From positions 23,845-87,844 of the forward strand of contig JAFLRM010000002.1 of assembly GCA_022511465.1 (NCBI GenBank): a DNA stretch of 64,000 nucleotides, in the 5' to 3' direction. The first letter of the stretch is position 1. Every line of letters begins with the position of its first letter. A program made the translations under genes and the position numbers. Under the pieces are notes generated by a model, which ran no database searches, was not told where the DNA came from, and saw only the letters and a program-made list of their open reading frames with translations. This document shows positions 1 to 11,000 of this stretch, in pieces. The stretch comes from Acetatifactor sp. (lineage in GTDB: Bacteria; Bacillota; Clostridia; Lachnospirales; Lachnospiraceae).

Positions 1-574
1 GAAGCTGCTTCGGATTGACGGTGTCCTCCAAGCTGTTCAGTCGGTTCACCTCCCGCTTGCAGCGCTCCAGCCATCTGGTGGTTCGTTCCACGGAAGCCTG
101 TACATAACGTCTGTCTGCCTTGCTGGGTGGACACTCGTCAAAGGCCATGGCGATGGTAGAGCCCAGATTAGACTGAATCTGCATGCTCTCCTCCGGCCCC
201 ATGAAAATCTTGTGTCCGTCAATGTGGGAGTTAAAGTAAACACCTTCCTCCTTGATCTTTCTAAGTCCCGCCAGAGAAAACACCTGAAAACCGCCGGAGT
301 CCGTGAGAATTGGCTTGTCCCATGACATAAATTTATGCAGTCCGCCCAGTTTCTTGATCACCTGATCACCGGGTCGGACGTGAAGATGGTAGGTGTTGGA
401 GAGCTCCACCTGAGTCCCGATCTGCTCTAAATCCTGCGTGGACACGGCGCCTTTGATGGCGGCCACCGTGCCCACATTCATAAATACAGGCGTCTGGATG
501 ACGCCGTGTACCGTATGGAATTCGCCTCTCTTGGCTCTTCCTTCCTGCTTTAAAATATGATAATTTGAAGCCAA
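1..574 (-). CDS. tgt: Queuine tRNA-ribosyltransferase, 5' part (runs off window edge; missing from ORF track)
   Basis: Manual translation from TTG at 574 gives [36 protein letters not shown]...SNTYHL...[13 protein letters not shown]...MAFDECP, hallmark TGT motifs. Confidence 0.95.
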   Translation of the reverse strand, partial: MASNYHILKQEGRAKRGEFHTVHGVIQTPVFMNVGTVAAIKGAVSTQDLEQIGTQVELSNTYHLHVRPGDQVIKKLGGLHKFMSWDKPILTDSGGFQVFSLAGLRKIKEEGVYFNSHIDGHKIFMGPEESMQIQSNLGSTIAMAFDECPPSKADRRYVQASVERTTRWLERCKREVNRLNSLEDTVNPKQL

Positions 575-575
575 A

Positions 576-1616
576 TCAAAGATCCTCCCAGAATTCTTCC
601 AAAGTAATGCCTTTCTCCGTGATCACGGTGGCAGCATCCACACCTACATAGCGGAAATGCCAAGGCTCATACTCGATACCCGTGTAATACTCCTTCCCCT
701 CCGGATAGCGCAGGATAAATCCATATTTATAGCTGTTGGCCGCAAGCCATTTGCCGGCCTCCGTATCGGCAAAACCCGCATTCATCTCTTTGTATGAATC
801 GCACAAAATATCCAGTGCAAGACCAATCTGATGTTCACTGTTGTCCGGTATGGTTATAACACGGCTCGTCCTCTGATAAGCCTCCATGTAAGACATTCCC
901 TTTCTCATATAGAGCGCGATACGATCGTTAAAATTATTCTCCTGACGTTGCTGCGTCCGATATGGAGAACTGATCGTTAAACTGATATGATCCTCCTTGG
1001 CCGCCTGCAGCATAGCCCGCAGATCGTCAATAATACGTTCATCACACTGTAAGTACCCTGTGATGGTACCAAGCTTAAACTCATAATCCTCCGGTATGGA
1101 ATGCTGCTTGTTGACCAAGATCAGACGCCAGTCATCCTTGGAAAAGGTAACATTCGACCCTGCTTCTGCCCTGATGTCTGTACCAACCTCACCGGTCTCG
1201 CCCACAGACTGCAAAATTTCTTCCGCATCATAATTAATTGCGGAGCCGTAACCGGAAGCTTCCCCATACTCGGACAGACCAAGCAACTCATCCTCCTCCA
1301 AGAGCCCTGTCATATCAAGTTCTTGCTCCTGTGCAAGAGACACACTCTCATCCCCCGCGGAAAAATCGATGCTCCCCTGCTCTGTCTCCTCCGCATGGAT
1401 AAAGATCGGAAAAGAAAAGCTGCTGTACACTACAAACAAAAAAACGGTCATCGCCAGCATGGCAAAACGTTTTCCATTTCCCCGTATGTACGATAGTACA
1501 TGGAGAAAAAACATCCCAACAACTAAAACAGGCAACGCAAAGACTCTATGTAATATGCTTTTTTTACCGAATTTTAAGAGGCTTGTCCGAAAGCGCTCTT
1601 TCAAAGTTTTTTTCAT
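576..1616 (-). CDS. Membrane-anchored D,D-carboxypeptidase, M15B (VanY/LdcB-like) family
   Basis: N-terminal hydrophobic segments; [21 protein letters not shown] and [10 protein letters not shown] zinc-peptidase motifs. Confidence 0.88.
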   Translation of the reverse strand: MKKTLKERFRTSLLKFGKKSILHRVFALPVLVVGMFFLHVLSYIRGNGKRFAMLAMTVFLFVVYSSFSFPIFIHAEETEQGSIDFSAGDESVSLAQEQELDMTGLLEEDELLGLSEYGEASGYGSAINYDAEEILQSVGETGEVGTDIRAEAGSNVTFSKDDWRLILVNKQHSIPEDYEFKLGTITGYLQCDERIIDDLRAMLQAAKEDHISLTISSPYRTQQRQENNFNDRIALYMRKGMSYMEAYQRTSRVITIPDNSEHQIGLALDILCDSYKEMNAGFADTEAGKWLAANSYKYGFILRYPEGKEYYTGIEYEPWHFRYVGVDAATVITEKGITLEEFWEDL

Positions 1617-1636
1617 TCGTCTTCAACCCTTTTATA

Positions 1637-1658
1637 AATAACCACAAAATAACCACAA
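1637..1658. repeat. Perfect tandem 11-bp direct repeat AATAACCACAA x2
   Basis: Seen directly at 1637-1647 and 1648-1658; reads TGTGGT-N5-TGTGGT on the minus strand, 21 bp upstream of the M15B gene start. Confidence 0.7.
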
Positions 1659-1728
1659 TAATACAAATACATAATAGCACACTTTTTTCATAGATGCACT
1701 ATTTTTTACAAAAATATTTCGGATAAAG

Positions 1729-1757
1729 TTGCGAAACAGACTCTCATTCGCTATAAT
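1729..1757 (+). promoter_or_regulatory. Sigma-A type promoter for aroC
   Basis: TTGCGA-N17-TATAAT. Confidence 0.65.
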
Positions 1758-1843
1758 TTTTTAGTAACAAACATCGGATGCCACGCATTGCAAGGCGTCC
1801 TTATAAAAAAGCACGGACTTTGCCGCGCGGAAACGAGGTACTT

Positions 1844-2944
1844 ATGGCAGGTTCAACATTTGGAACCATCTTTAAAATAACCACATGGGGCGAATCTCAT
1901 GGCAAGGCGTTGGGCGTGGTTGTGGATGGTTGTCCCGCAGGACTTCCCCTCTGCGAAGAAGATATCCAGCGCTATTTAGATCGCCGCAAGCCCGGCACCA
2001 GCAGCATCACTACGCCGAGAAAGGAGGACGATCTTGTAGAGATACTTTCCGGTGTCTTCGAGGGCCGCACTACCGGAACTCCTATCTCCCTCGTGGTTCG
2101 CAACACCTCACAGATCTCACGGGATTACAGCGAGATCGCATCCTACTACCGCCCCGGCCATGCAGACTACACTTTTGATGCCAAGTACGGTTTCCGCGAC
2201 TACCGAGGCGGCGGCCGTTCCTCCGGCAGAGAGACTATCGGCCGCGTAGCCGCCGGTGCCATCGCCTGCAAACTCTTGGAGCAGTTGGGTGTCTCCGTAC
2301 ATGCCTACACAAGGAGCATCGGTCCCATACAGGCTGACCTGACTCATTTTGACGCGGAGGCCATCCTCTCCACCAGGACTGCTATGCCCGACCGTGCGGC
2401 CGATGAAAAAGCGGTTGCTTACTTAGAACAGGCCAGAGAAAATTCCGACTCTGTGGGCGGCTGTATGGAATGCCTTGTCACCGGAGTTCCCGCCGGCATA
2501 GGCGATCCTGTCTTCGAGAAGCTGGATGCAAACCTCGCCAAGGCCATCATGTCCATCGGAGCAGTGAAAGCCGTGGAAATTGGTGACGGTACTTCAGTCT
2601 CTGCCCGCTACGGCAGCCAGAACAACGATCCTTTCCGTGTAAATGACGGAATTGTCACAAAGTCCACTAATCATGCAGGGGGCATCCTCGGTGGAATCAG
2701 TGACGGTGATACTGTCCTGATACGCGCCCACGTAAAGCCCACTCCGTCCATCTACCAGCCCCAGCAGACCATCAACAAAACCGGTGAAGAGATCGACATT
2801 CAGATCAAAGGCCGCCACGACCCCATCATTGTCCCCCGGGCCGTGGTTGTCATGGAATGCATGACCGCCCTCACAGTGTTGGATGCCATACTCCTCAACA
2901 TGAGTGCAAGACTTGACAATATTGTCAGTTTTTACCGTAAATAA
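1844..2944 (+). CDS. aroC: Chorismate synthase
   Basis: MAGSTFG..TTWGESHG, RPGHADY, RSSGRET, GRHDP motifs. Start moved to ATG 1844 behind GAGG. Confidence 0.97.
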   Translation: MAGSTFGTIFKITTWGESHGKALGVVVDGCPAGLPLCEEDIQRYLDRRKPGTSSITTPRKEDDLVEILSGVFEGRTTGTPISLVVRNTSQISRDYSEIASYYRPGHADYTFDAKYGFRDYRGGGRSSGRETIGRVAAGAIACKLLEQLGVSVHAYTRSIGPIQADLTHFDAEAILSTRTAMPDRAADEKAVAYLEQARENSDSVGGCMECLVTGVPAGIGDPVFEKLDANLAKAIMSIGAVKAVEIGDGTSVSARYGSQNNDPFRVNDGIVTKSTNHAGGILGGISDGDTVLIRAHVKPTPSIYQPQQTINKTGEEIDIQIKGRHDPIIVPRAVVVMECMTALTVLDAILLNMSARLDNIVSFYRK

Positions 2945-2956
2945 TATCATTTATAA

Positions 2957-2989
2957 AAAGCTGTGATACCTTTATAGGTTCACAGCTTT
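2957..2989. terminator. Bidirectional intrinsic terminator between convergent aroC and lactonase gene
   Basis: AAAGCTGTGA...TCACAGCTTT inverted repeat with A/T flanks. Confidence 0.8.
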
Positions 2990-2993
2990 AATT

Positions 2994-4049
2994 TCAACTC
3001 TCCAACTTATGGAACAATATACAATTCGGCTGACTTATCCGGATCGCCGGTCCGTTCATGGCGAGCGTCCCCGCCTTCAGATCAACCGCAAAGAACGTCA
3101 TAGTGTCGCTCTCATGATTCAACGACACCAAGAACTTGTTGTTGGGGAACAAGGCCGCATCTTTAGGATACTCTCCGCTGATCGGCAGACACAATATCTC
3201 TGACAACATCCCCGTCTCCTTGTCCACATTATAGATCACTACAGAATTATTCCCTGAGACAGAACTCAACAGATAATTGTAATCCTTAGAAAAAACCAGA
3301 GCACTCGTAGCGTTGTTGCTGCCGTTTTCCAGCTCAATCGTCTGAATCTTCTGAATCTTCTCAAAATAAGGCATTCCGTTCTGCTCTTCGTAGGAATACA
3401 CATCGATATAACATTTCAACTCATGTACAATATAAATAAATCTTCCATCCTCGGAAATCCTGATATGCCGCGGCGCAGATTCCATATCGCTCCGAATGAT
3501 GTCAGCAAGCGCTGTCTTACCCTTCTCCGGATCAAACCGATACACATTGACATGATCCATACCCTGATCCGCTACCAACAGATACTTGTTGTCATGGGTC
3601 ATGCGGGCACAGTTGATGTGAGGCCGGAAATTCCGCTCTGCCACACTTCCCAGTCCCTTGTGGAATATCTCATCCGTGATCTCCCCCACAGACCCATCTT
3701 CCGAAAGTCGCAACACCGTCAGCTTACCGTCATGATAACCGGCCACAAAAAGATACTGATCCGTGAAATCCGTGGCAAGATAACAGCCTCTCATGCCGTT
3801 GATAGGTGCGTGATTGATCATTCCCAGCGTGCCATCTTTCTCAATCCGGTACGCCTCCACACCAAAATCTGTGATGGAGTACAGATATTTTCCACTGTTG
3901 GATATGGTCAGATAGGAGGAGTTGGATATCTCCACCTTGTCCTTCTCCACGAAACGCCCCTTTGCAATATCTACATCATATACTCTGATTCCGTGGCTGT
4001 CCCCCTGTGTGTAAGTGGAGACATATGCCACATACTTATCCCTTGCCAT
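2994..4049 (-). CDS. Lactonase family beta-propeller (6-phosphogluconolactonase-like)
   Basis: YVSTYT start, PHINCA, PRHI, YPKDA repeats typical of Pgl/YbhE propellers. Start at MARDK (4049) inferred. Confidence 0.85.
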   Translation of the reverse strand: MARDKYVAYVSTYTQGDSHGIRVYDVDIAKGRFVEKDKVEISNSSYLTISNSGKYLYSITDFGVEAYRIEKDGTLGMINHAPINGMRGCYLATDFTDQYLFVAGYHDGKLTVLRLSEDGSVGEITDEIFHKGLGSVAERNFRPHINCARMTHDNKYLLVADQGMDHVNVYRFDPEKGKTALADIIRSDMESAPRHIRISEDGRFIYIVHELKCYIDVYSYEEQNGMPYFEKIQKIQTIELENGSNNATSALVFSKDYNYLLSSVSGNNSVVIYNVDKETGMLSEILCLPISGEYPKDAALFPNNKFLVSLNHESDTMTFFAVDLKAGTLAMNGPAIRISQPNCILFHKLES

Positions 4050-4172
4050 ACAGCAGTCCTCCTTAACACCTTCCCTGCATATAGCATAGCACAAATGAGT
4101 GTTTTTTGAAATACTTTTTTCTTCGGAAAAAATACAGCGTAGTCCCTAAACGGGTACTACGCCGCACGTACA

Positions 4173-4493
4173 TTAATCCTGATTTTCGCATCCACAGGTG
4201 TCCCCACCACGTCCAACACTGGGGAAATCCTGTCTGCCGGAAAACGCTCTGGAATCATTGTCACACTCACAGTCAGATGACCAAGCCGCAGGAATTGCAT
4301 TTCCGCCTCTTGTCTGGCCATAGCCGTTGTCGTTGCCATTACAACCGCAGGAATCGTTGCCGTTGTCTCTGTTCCTTCCGCTTCTTCCTCCTCTGCCATA
4401 TCCGTCATCATTACCGTTACAACCGCCACCACTTCTGCTATTGCCGCCACAGCCACAGAATAACAGTAATAACCAAATCCAACAACTCATCAC
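4173..4493 (-). CDS. Small Cys/Gly/Asn-rich low-complexity protein, possibly spore coat/exosporium
   Basis: MMSCWIWLLLLFCGCGG start, two GCNGND.GYG repeats, AGGA-like RBS upstream. Confidence 0.6.
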   Translation of the reverse strand: MMSCWIWLLLLFCGCGGNSRSGGGCNGNDDGYGRGGRSGRNRDNGNDSCGCNGNDNGYGQTRGGNAIPAAWSSDCECDNDSRAFSGRQDFPSVGRGGDTCGCENQD

Positions 4494-4558
4494 ATTGTGT
4501 CCTTATTCTCTTATTTACTGTATCTTATTCCGGCTGTGCTTGCCCGGTGCAAGTCCAT

Positions 4559-5101
4559 TTATTTTTTCTTCACAAACTCCCTGCGGATACAGCGAAAAGT
4601 CTCCTCTTCCCCCTTCTCAGCAAGCAGTTTGAGCATTCGGTGAAGCTTTTTTTGGGTATCCTCGTGGATGGGTGCCCTCTCCGGGCCCTGCTCATAGTAT
4701 TCCAGAGGATCCGAATCCTTGTAATCCTTTCCCTTATATACTTTGCTGGCCGCAATGCGATCCATGATCATCTCCGCGATATAGCGGTCCGGCATAGGCA
4801 CCGGCGCCATTCCTCCCGGAATCTCATGCAGGCTGTAGTCAATCCAGTACTCGTAGTGATGCTTGTTGCGCCCCTTGTGATGAAGCCACGCGGCGGAGTA
4901 GCCTTTCTCCTCGCGCTCTGCATTGTTGGGGCTTCTATTTCCCTGAAAATACCGGGCACCTACCAGAAATTCCGAGGGACAATACTTAGAAAGATCGTGT
5001 AATATTCCCTGTCGGTACAGACCGACTCGAAAGCAGCCTTTCGCCACCAGATATTTATGATATGTAATTGTCTTAAAATGCTTCCATAATTTTCCCATCA
5101 C
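4559..5101 (-). CDS. DUF5662-like HD-type protein
   Basis: H...LHDLSKY...WLHHKGRNKHHYEYW...MDRIAA; start overlaps stop of upstream GH13 gene (ATGA). Confidence 0.75.
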   Translation of the reverse strand: MMGKLWKHFKTITYHKYLVAKGCFRVGLYRQGILHDLSKYCPSEFLVGARYFQGNRSPNNAEREEKGYSAAWLHHKGRNKHHYEYWIDYSLHEIPGGMAPVPMPDRYIAEMIMDRIAASKVYKGKDYKDSDPLEYYEQGPERAPIHEDTQKKLHRMLKLLAEKGEEETFRCIRREFVKKK

Positions 5102-7032
5102 TGCTTCTTGGAACTGATGCGCTTACGCTTCGTTTTACCCACCGGCTGCACGGGAACACTCATAAACAGTTCGATCGTTCTCGCTGGGATCCTGTGCTCC
5201 GTATCCTCCTGTATCTCTTCTCCCGCCGGAATATCGCAAAACGATCCTTCGCCTTGGTCTTCCACATTATCCGTACAGATGATCTGCTTCCACCTGAGTC
5301 CCTTGGGAAGCTTCGGCAACCCCAATTTTTGAGGCTCCCAATACATATTCATGGCCAGATAGAAGAAATCATCCTCCTGTCCGTCCTCTTTTTGAGCATA
5401 CTTGCCGCAGTACATAACTCCCACATGGCGATTGTAACTCTCCAGCTGCGGCCTCCACGCATTCTGCCCGTGATAAGACAGATCCGGGTATCCGCAGGAG
5501 TTGTAATCCATAAGACGGAATGCCCCCTGCTGTCTCAGGATCGGGTGCTCCTTCCTGATCTTTACCAACGTCTTCCAAAACTTGTGGATCTCACTGTTGC
5601 GCTCAATATCCCGCCAGTCCAACCAAGTGACGGTATTGTCCTGACAGTAGGGGTTGTTGTTGCCCTTCTGGGAATTGCCAAATTCATCTCCCATAAAGAT
5701 TAGCGGGGTAGCCTGCCCCAAAAGCAGCATACACATGGCATTCTTGATCTGTTTTCTGCGAAGCTTGAGTATCTTCTTCCTGCGGCTGGTTCCTTCCTCC
5801 CCACAGTTCCAGCTGCAGTTAAAATTATTGCCGTCACGGTTATCCTCGCCGTTTGGCTCATTGTGCTTGCGGTCGTAGGACACCAGATCCATCAGCGTCA
5901 ATCCATAATAATTCGTCAGATAGTGGATGTTTGCTTCCTTTCCGTACGTGTGGCGCATCTGATGCAGAACGCTCTGCAGCATATTCTCATCGCCCTTTAA
6001 GTATCTGCGCATGGTATACATATAATCATCCTGATACGATGCCAAGTTTCGGAAATGCGGGTATTCACCCCGCTCATAAATGAGATCCGTGTCAAAATAA
6101 TAGTACCAAAGCTTGGTGTCCGCCAGTAATTCATCCTTGGCAAGCACGGTGGTGGGAATACGCTCTCCCATCAGATGAAAGCCGTCCACATGATACTCCA
6201 ACAACCAAAAGTGCAAAATTTCCGGTATCTCCCTCTCTTGCACATCGTTTGGAAAATAAAACTGCATGACCACTTCCATGCCGTTTGCATGAAACGCCCG
6301 CACCATCTCCTTAAACTCTGTGGCCGCATCCTCTCCTGCCGCATAGGCAGCCTTCGGCATATAGTAATACCCTTTCTTATATCCCCAATAATTCAGCTTT
6401 CTGGGTACGAGCTGATCCAGCTCCTTCGGGGTAACCAAACTCTGAGGAAGCTTTGTTCTGCGTTCCTCCTTGCTTGGTACTTCCATAAACTCATAGACCG
6501 GCTGCAGCTCCACCGTGGTGATCCCGCACTCCTTCAGATAGGGAATCTTCTCGATCACTCCCCGAAAGGTTCCTCTGTCTGCCACCTCCGAGGAAGCATG
6601 CTTTGTAAAGCCTCTCACATGCATGCAGTAACAGACGCTCTCCTCATAAGGAATATGGGGTCTCACATCCCCCTGCCAGTCAAAATCACGTCGTAAGAAT
6701 CCGGCTTTCAGATCTTTATCTTCCCGCTCCCTGCCATAGGCGTGTCTGCCCACAAACACCCGGGCCCTGGCATCCGGAATAATGTGGTCCTCCTCATAAA
6801 ACTGATATGCAATCTGTGTCGGATCTACATCTTCCAAATATTTACAATAAATATTTCCAATTCTCTCCTTCTGGGAGAAGGGAAGTTTCTTCAGCCTCCT
6901 GCCGGAATTTCTGTCAAATAAAATAACACCGCAGTGCTCCTTTTTTGATGCAAAGGAAAAACGGATACAATCCATCTCATAGTGCGCTCCAAGAGGATAT
7001 GGTATCATCTGCCAATCACGTCCTGTCATCAA
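5098..7032 (-). CDS. GlgX/isoamylase-like GH13 protein with degenerate catalytic motifs
   Basis: YPLGA, HVRGFT, GITTVELQPV, NYWGY, LVSYDRKHNEPNGEDNRDG, SQKGNNNPYCQDN match GlgX, but catalytic regions are altered. Confidence 0.85.
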   Translation of the reverse strand: MMTGRDWQMIPYPLGAHYEMDCIRFSFASKKEHCGVILFDRNSGRRLKKLPFSQKERIGNIYCKYLEDVDPTQIAYQFYEEDHIIPDARARVFVGRHAYGREREDKDLKAGFLRRDFDWQGDVRPHIPYEESVCYCMHVRGFTKHASSEVADRGTFRGVIEKIPYLKECGITTVELQPVYEFMEVPSKEERRTKLPQSLVTPKELDQLVPRKLNYWGYKKGYYYMPKAAYAAGEDAATEFKEMVRAFHANGMEVVMQFYFPNDVQEREIPEILHFWLLEYHVDGFHLMGERIPTTVLAKDELLADTKLWYYYFDTDLIYERGEYPHFRNLASYQDDYMYTMRRYLKGDENMLQSVLHQMRHTYGKEANIHYLTNYYGLTLMDLVSYDRKHNEPNGEDNRDGNNFNCSWNCGEEGTSRRKKILKLRRKQIKNAMCMLLLGQATPLIFMGDEFGNSQKGNNNPYCQDNTVTWLDWRDIERNSEIHKFWKTLVKIRKEHPILRQQGAFRLMDYNSCGYPDLSYHGQNAWRPQLESYNRHVGVMYCGKYAQKEDGQEDDFFYLAMNMYWEPQKLGLPKLPKGLRWKQIICTDNVEDQGEGSFCDIPAGEEIQEDTEHRIPARTIELFMSVPVQPVGKTKRKRISSKKQ

Positions 7033-7140
7033 CTACCTCCATCACCGCAATCCATACAACGTACTCATCAAACGACAGATGCCGCATTTTGCGAAGCATC
7101 CCTGTGTTCATAAAAATGTAGTTGTATATATTATAACCTA

Positions 7141-7169
7141 TTGTCAAAGAAACCACAAGCAGTTATACT
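7141..7169 (+). promoter_or_regulatory. Sigma-A type promoter for DUF1292 gene
   Basis: TTGTCA-N17-TATACT. Confidence 0.65.
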
Positions 7170-7195
7170 AAAAAGAAAAAAGGAGAATTTCTGTC

Positions 7196-7522
7196 ATGGC
7201 TAAGAATAACGAATACGCGGATGAAGAAATGACCGTGGAATTGGAGCTTGACGACGGTACGATCGTCAATTGTGCCGTTGTCACGATCCTTCCCGTGGAG
7301 GGAAAGGATTATATCGCTCTGCTTCCCTTGAAGGAAGACGGCACCAACGATGACGGCGAGGTATGGTTCTACCGATACAGCGAGAATCCGGATGATACCA
7401 ACGAAGAGCCGCAGCTGGATTACATTGATGACGATGACGAATATGATAAAGTGGCAGACGCTTTTGATGAGTTTTTGGACAACTGTGAGTTTGACGAGCT
7501 GGTGGACGGCAATGACAAATAG
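7196..7522 (+). CDS. DUF1292 family acidic protein
   Basis: TVELELDDG...KDYIALLP...YRY..L..I.DDDEYDKVADAF pattern; AGGAG RBS. Confidence 0.85.
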   Translation: MAKNNEYADEEMTVELELDDGTIVNCAVVTILPVEGKDYIALLPLKEDGTNDDGEVWFYRYSENPDDTNEEPQLDYIDDDDEYDKVADAFDEFLDNCEFDELVDGNDK

Positions 7523-7528
7523 TATAGG

Positions 7529-9466
7529 CTATTTTTTCGGCAGAAGTGAATTTAGAAATCTGGAGGGAAATCTGGGGCGTTCTCTTGTACCGGTCAGGTA
7601 CAGAAGCTCCAGACTTTTTTTCGCCCTTGTCATGGCCACATAAAAAATTCTTCTCTCCTCCTCGCAGGCCAAGGCATCAATCCCTTTCCCGTGGGGAAAT
7701 ACAGTCTCATTGCAGTCCAGAATCCACACCCTGTCAAATTCCAGACCTTTGGATGCGTGAACCGTCATAAGCTGAACTGCGTTCCCTTCCTCCTCTTTCT
7801 GCTCACTCATCTTTTGAAGCTTCCCCTCATAGCACTCTTTTGCTTCCAACCATTCTCCAATATTTTCGTATTGTGCGGCCTCCTCTTTCATCCAGTCACA
7901 GATCTCTTTCCACTCCCTCCATCGCTCCTCTCCATGTCCGGCATTTTCCTTTAGATATGCCTCATAACCGATACTTTTTAGAATATATTGGACCCCCAGA
8001 TAAAGAGGTAGTCTCCCAATATAACCGAGATCTCGCTCCAGTCGCTCAATGGCTCGGATGCGTTCTCTCCGGTAGGGCATATATCCCGTTTCCCCCGAAT
8101 TACGATAATAGTCAAGCATCCCCTGAAACAAAGCATGGCCTTTTTTACCTTCCCCACTGCCCAACGATTCCCGACTGATATAGCGCTGTGGTCTGTTGAT
8201 GATCTGTAAGAGCCGTTCCCTGGTAACTTCTCCTGCGGCCAACTGCAGGTAGGTTAGAATGTCTTTTACAACAAAATGTTCGTAAATACTGGTAACTTTC
8301 TCTTTCATTCGATAAGGCACATCCTGCCTGCTCAGATAGGATGCAAATCCCTGCATATGGGCATTGGTGCGAAAAAGGACGGCGAGGCTCTCCGACTTCC
8401 CCGATATTTTTGCCGGAGCTCTTTTCCCATCGGAAAGTCTCTCTCTCAATTTCTCAGCAAGGTTAGTATATTCCGCCTCCCGATTCTCATAGGCGCACAG
8501 TCTGACGGCCTGTCTTTCCTCTTTTTCCTGCGCAGACCTCAGCTCTTTTGTAAAACGTTCTTTATTGTCTGCAATTACCTTGCAGGATGCCTCCACGATC
8601 TCCGGACAGCTCCTATAATTGACCGTCAGGCAAAGTCTCCTTACTCCGAATTCCTCAGCAAAGCGTTTCAGACAGGCTGGTTCCGATCCCCGAAAACCAT
8701 AGATGGACTGATCGTCGTCCCCCACGGCAAAAAGCTGGCTCCTCCCGCCGGCTAAAAGCTTTACAACCTCGTACTGCATGGGATTGATATCCTGAAACTC
8801 ATCCATCAGGATATGGGAAAATCGGTTTTGCCAGTATTTCCTCGCCCGTCCATCCTCTAAAAGAAGATTTCTGCAGCGATATACCATATCGTCAAAATCA
8901 AGCAGCCTTTGCCTGCTCTTTTCCCTCTCATATGCCTGCATAACCTCCAAAAAATAGGGCTGACATTCTCCGGGAAGCTTGTTCCTTGCAGCATTCTCAT
9001 TTCCGGTGTTTTTGTAGAAGCTTATCGCGGCCAAAAAAAGGGCTGCGTCCTGCGAATTTTTGTCTCCGCGGCCTTCGGCAGTCTCCTCTCTGGGCAGCAA
9101 TTTCCTCAAAATGGGCGTGATAAGGCTTTTTTTGCGGTTCTCTGTAATAAGCTTGTGGGAATTTACACTGTGGGAATCACAGATGATACGATAGAATACA
9201 GAATGAAAGGTTCCAAAATTGACGGGATAGGTCCGGTGGTCTGACTGTTCGTGGAAACGCCTCTGCATGGACAGGGCCGCCTCCTTGGTAAAGGTCACCA
9301 CCAGTATGTTTTCCGGCGGGACGCTGCACTCCTGGATCAGGAAGAATATGCGCTGGGTAATAGTAAAGGTCTTGCCGGAGCCGGGCCCTGCCAACACGAG
9401 CAGCGGCCCTTCTCCGTGTGTCACAGCCTGACGCTGCGCTTCATTCAAAGCTTCCAGTTCAAGCAT
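7529..9466 (-). CDS. UvrD/PcrA-family ATP-dependent helicase (short form)
   Basis: [64 protein letters not shown] 9466 overlaps gltX stop. Confidence 0.93.
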   Translation of the reverse strand: MLELEALNEAQRQAVTHGEGPLLVLAGPGSGKTFTITQRIFFLIQECSVPPENILVVTFTKEAALSMQRRFHEQSDHRTYPVNFGTFHSVFYRIICDSHSVNSHKLITENRKKSLITPILRKLLPREETAEGRGDKNSQDAALFLAAISFYKNTGNENAARNKLPGECQPYFLEVMQAYEREKSRQRLLDFDDMVYRCRNLLLEDGRARKYWQNRFSHILMDEFQDINPMQYEVVKLLAGGRSQLFAVGDDDQSIYGFRGSEPACLKRFAEEFGVRRLCLTVNYRSCPEIVEASCKVIADNKERFTKELRSAQEKEERQAVRLCAYENREAEYTNLAEKLRERLSDGKRAPAKISGKSESLAVLFRTNAHMQGFASYLSRQDVPYRMKEKVTSIYEHFVVKDILTYLQLAAGEVTRERLLQIINRPQRYISRESLGSGEGKKGHALFQGMLDYYRNSGETGYMPYRRERIRAIERLERDLGYIGRLPLYLGVQYILKSIGYEAYLKENAGHGEERWREWKEICDWMKEEAAQYENIGEWLEAKECYEGKLQKMSEQKEEEGNAVQLMTVHASKGLEFDRVWILDCNETVFPHGKGIDALACEEERRIFYVAMTRAKKSLELLYLTGTRERPRFPSRFLNSLLPKK

Positions 9467-10916
9467 CCTGAAGCTTTTCAATTCCTTTGCATATTCTCTT
9501 CAAGGATTCCTCCTTGCCCAGTATCTCCATGATCTCCGTAGCGCCCGCGGGGGTCATCTGTTTACCGGAAACCGCGGTGCGGATCGGCCACATCACAAAA
9601 CCGTTCTTACAGCCCTTCTGCTCCACGTATTTGAGTAAGGACTCATACAGCCCGTCATTACTGTAGTCATCCTGTGCCTCCAAAATGGGAAGCACCTCTG
9701 TGAGAACCTCCAGGGAGGTCTCTTTTGTTGTTTTCATTTTCTTGTGGGTGTACATTTCGGTATCGTACTCGGGAAGTTCTTCAAAAAAGTCCACCTGTCC
9801 CGCGATATCGGGAAATACCTCGATGCGGGTCTTCACCATGTTCGCGATCTTTCTCAAGTCAAAGTCCTTGGTCAAAGCCGCTTTCAAATAAGGCTCTGCC
9901 ATCTCATAAAAGACTGCGTCATCCATGGCCTTCATATATTCGCCGTTCATCCAACGAAGCTTGACAATATCGAATACCGCAGGAGATTTGCTGATCCTGT
10001 GGTAATCAAAAGCCTCGATCAGCTCCTGTAGGGAAAAGATCTCTCTGTTCTCCTCCGGACTCCAGCCCAAAAGCGCCACATAGTTGATGACCGCCTCCGT
10101 GAGAAAACCCTGCTCGATCAAGTCTTCAAAGGAGGCATGTCCACTTCTCTTGGAGAGCTTTTTATGGTTCTCGTCCGTGATCAGGGGCAGGTGGATGTAC
10201 ACAGGCACCTGCCAGCCAAAGGCATCGTAAAGTCTCACATATTTGGGGGAGGAGGAAAGGTATTCGTTCCCTCGCACCACATGGGTGATATTCATGGTAT
10301 GGTCATCCACCACGTTGGCAAAATTATAGGTGGGGTAGCCGTCGGACTTGATCAGGATCATGTCGTCCAGCTCTGCATTCTCCACGGTGATATCGCCGTA
10401 AAGTTCGTCGTGGAAGGTAGTATTTCCCTCGTTGGGGATATTCTGCCTGATAACAAAAGGTTTTCCGGCAGCCAGATTGGCCTCTATCTCTTCCTTGGAG
10501 AGGCTTAAGCAGTGTTTGTCGTAAATGGAGATCTCCTTGCCGTCCACCACTTCGGTTCGCAGAGATGCAAGGCGCTCTTTATCACAGAAGCAGTAATATG
10601 CCTCACCCTTCTCGATGAGTTCCTTGGCGTATTTCATGTAGATGCCGATCTTCATGCGTTCGCTCTGAACATAGGGACCGTAGCCGCCGTCCTTATCGGG
10701 GCCTTCATCGTGTTTTAAGCCGGTCTTTTCCAAAGTGCGGTATATGATCTCGGTGGCTCCCTCCACGTAACGCTCCTGATCGGTGTCCTCAATGCGGAGC
10801 ATGAAGTCTCCGCCGTCGTGTTTGGCAATCAGGAATTCGTATAGGGCTGAACGCAAGTTACCCACGTGCATTTTGCCGGTGGGACTGGGCGCGTAGCGGG
10901 TTCTGATTTTGGTCAT
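9459..10916 (-). CDS. gltX: Glutamate-tRNA ligase
   Basis: [14 protein letters not shown] (HIGH), LRIEDTD, KLSKR (KMSKS). Confidence 0.97.
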   Translation of the reverse strand: MTKIRTRYAPSPTGKMHVGNLRSALYEFLIAKHDGGDFMLRIEDTDQERYVEGATEIIYRTLEKTGLKHDEGPDKDGGYGPYVQSERMKIGIYMKYAKELIEKGEAYYCFCDKERLASLRTEVVDGKEISIYDKHCLSLSKEEIEANLAAGKPFVIRQNIPNEGNTTFHDELYGDITVENAELDDMILIKSDGYPTYNFANVVDDHTMNITHVVRGNEYLSSSPKYVRLYDAFGWQVPVYIHLPLITDENHKKLSKRSGHASFEDLIEQGFLTEAVINYVALLGWSPEENREIFSLQELIEAFDYHRISKSPAVFDIVKLRWMNGEYMKAMDDAVFYEMAEPYLKAALTKDFDLRKIANMVKTRIEVFPDIAGQVDFFEELPEYDTEMYTHKKMKTTKETSLEVLTEVLPILEAQDDYSNDGLYESLLKYVEQKGCKNGFVMWPIRTAVSGKQMTPAGATEIMEILGKEESLKRICKGIEKLQDA

Positions 10917-10953
10917 GTGTGTATGGTTCCTTTCTGGAAAAATTCTATTGTTC

Positions 10954-10982
10954 ATTGTAATCGGTTTTGAAAAAAAGTGCAA
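10954..10982 (-). promoter_or_regulatory. Sigma-A type promoter for gltX
   Basis: TTGCAC-N17-TACAAT on minus strand. Confidence 0.7.
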
Positions 10983-11000
10983 TGAGTTTATATTCTAATT

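Noticed and set aside
576-1616. Vancomycin resistance gene (vanY)
   Set aside because: No vanH/A/X/R/S neighbours. M15B carboxypeptidases are common housekeeping enzymes.
4106-5002. 298-aa plus-strand ORF rich in His/Arg/Cys, and the alternative 4157-4456 ORF
   Set aside because: Overlap the DUF5662 and Cys/Gly genes. Composition reflects low-complexity DNA read in other frames.
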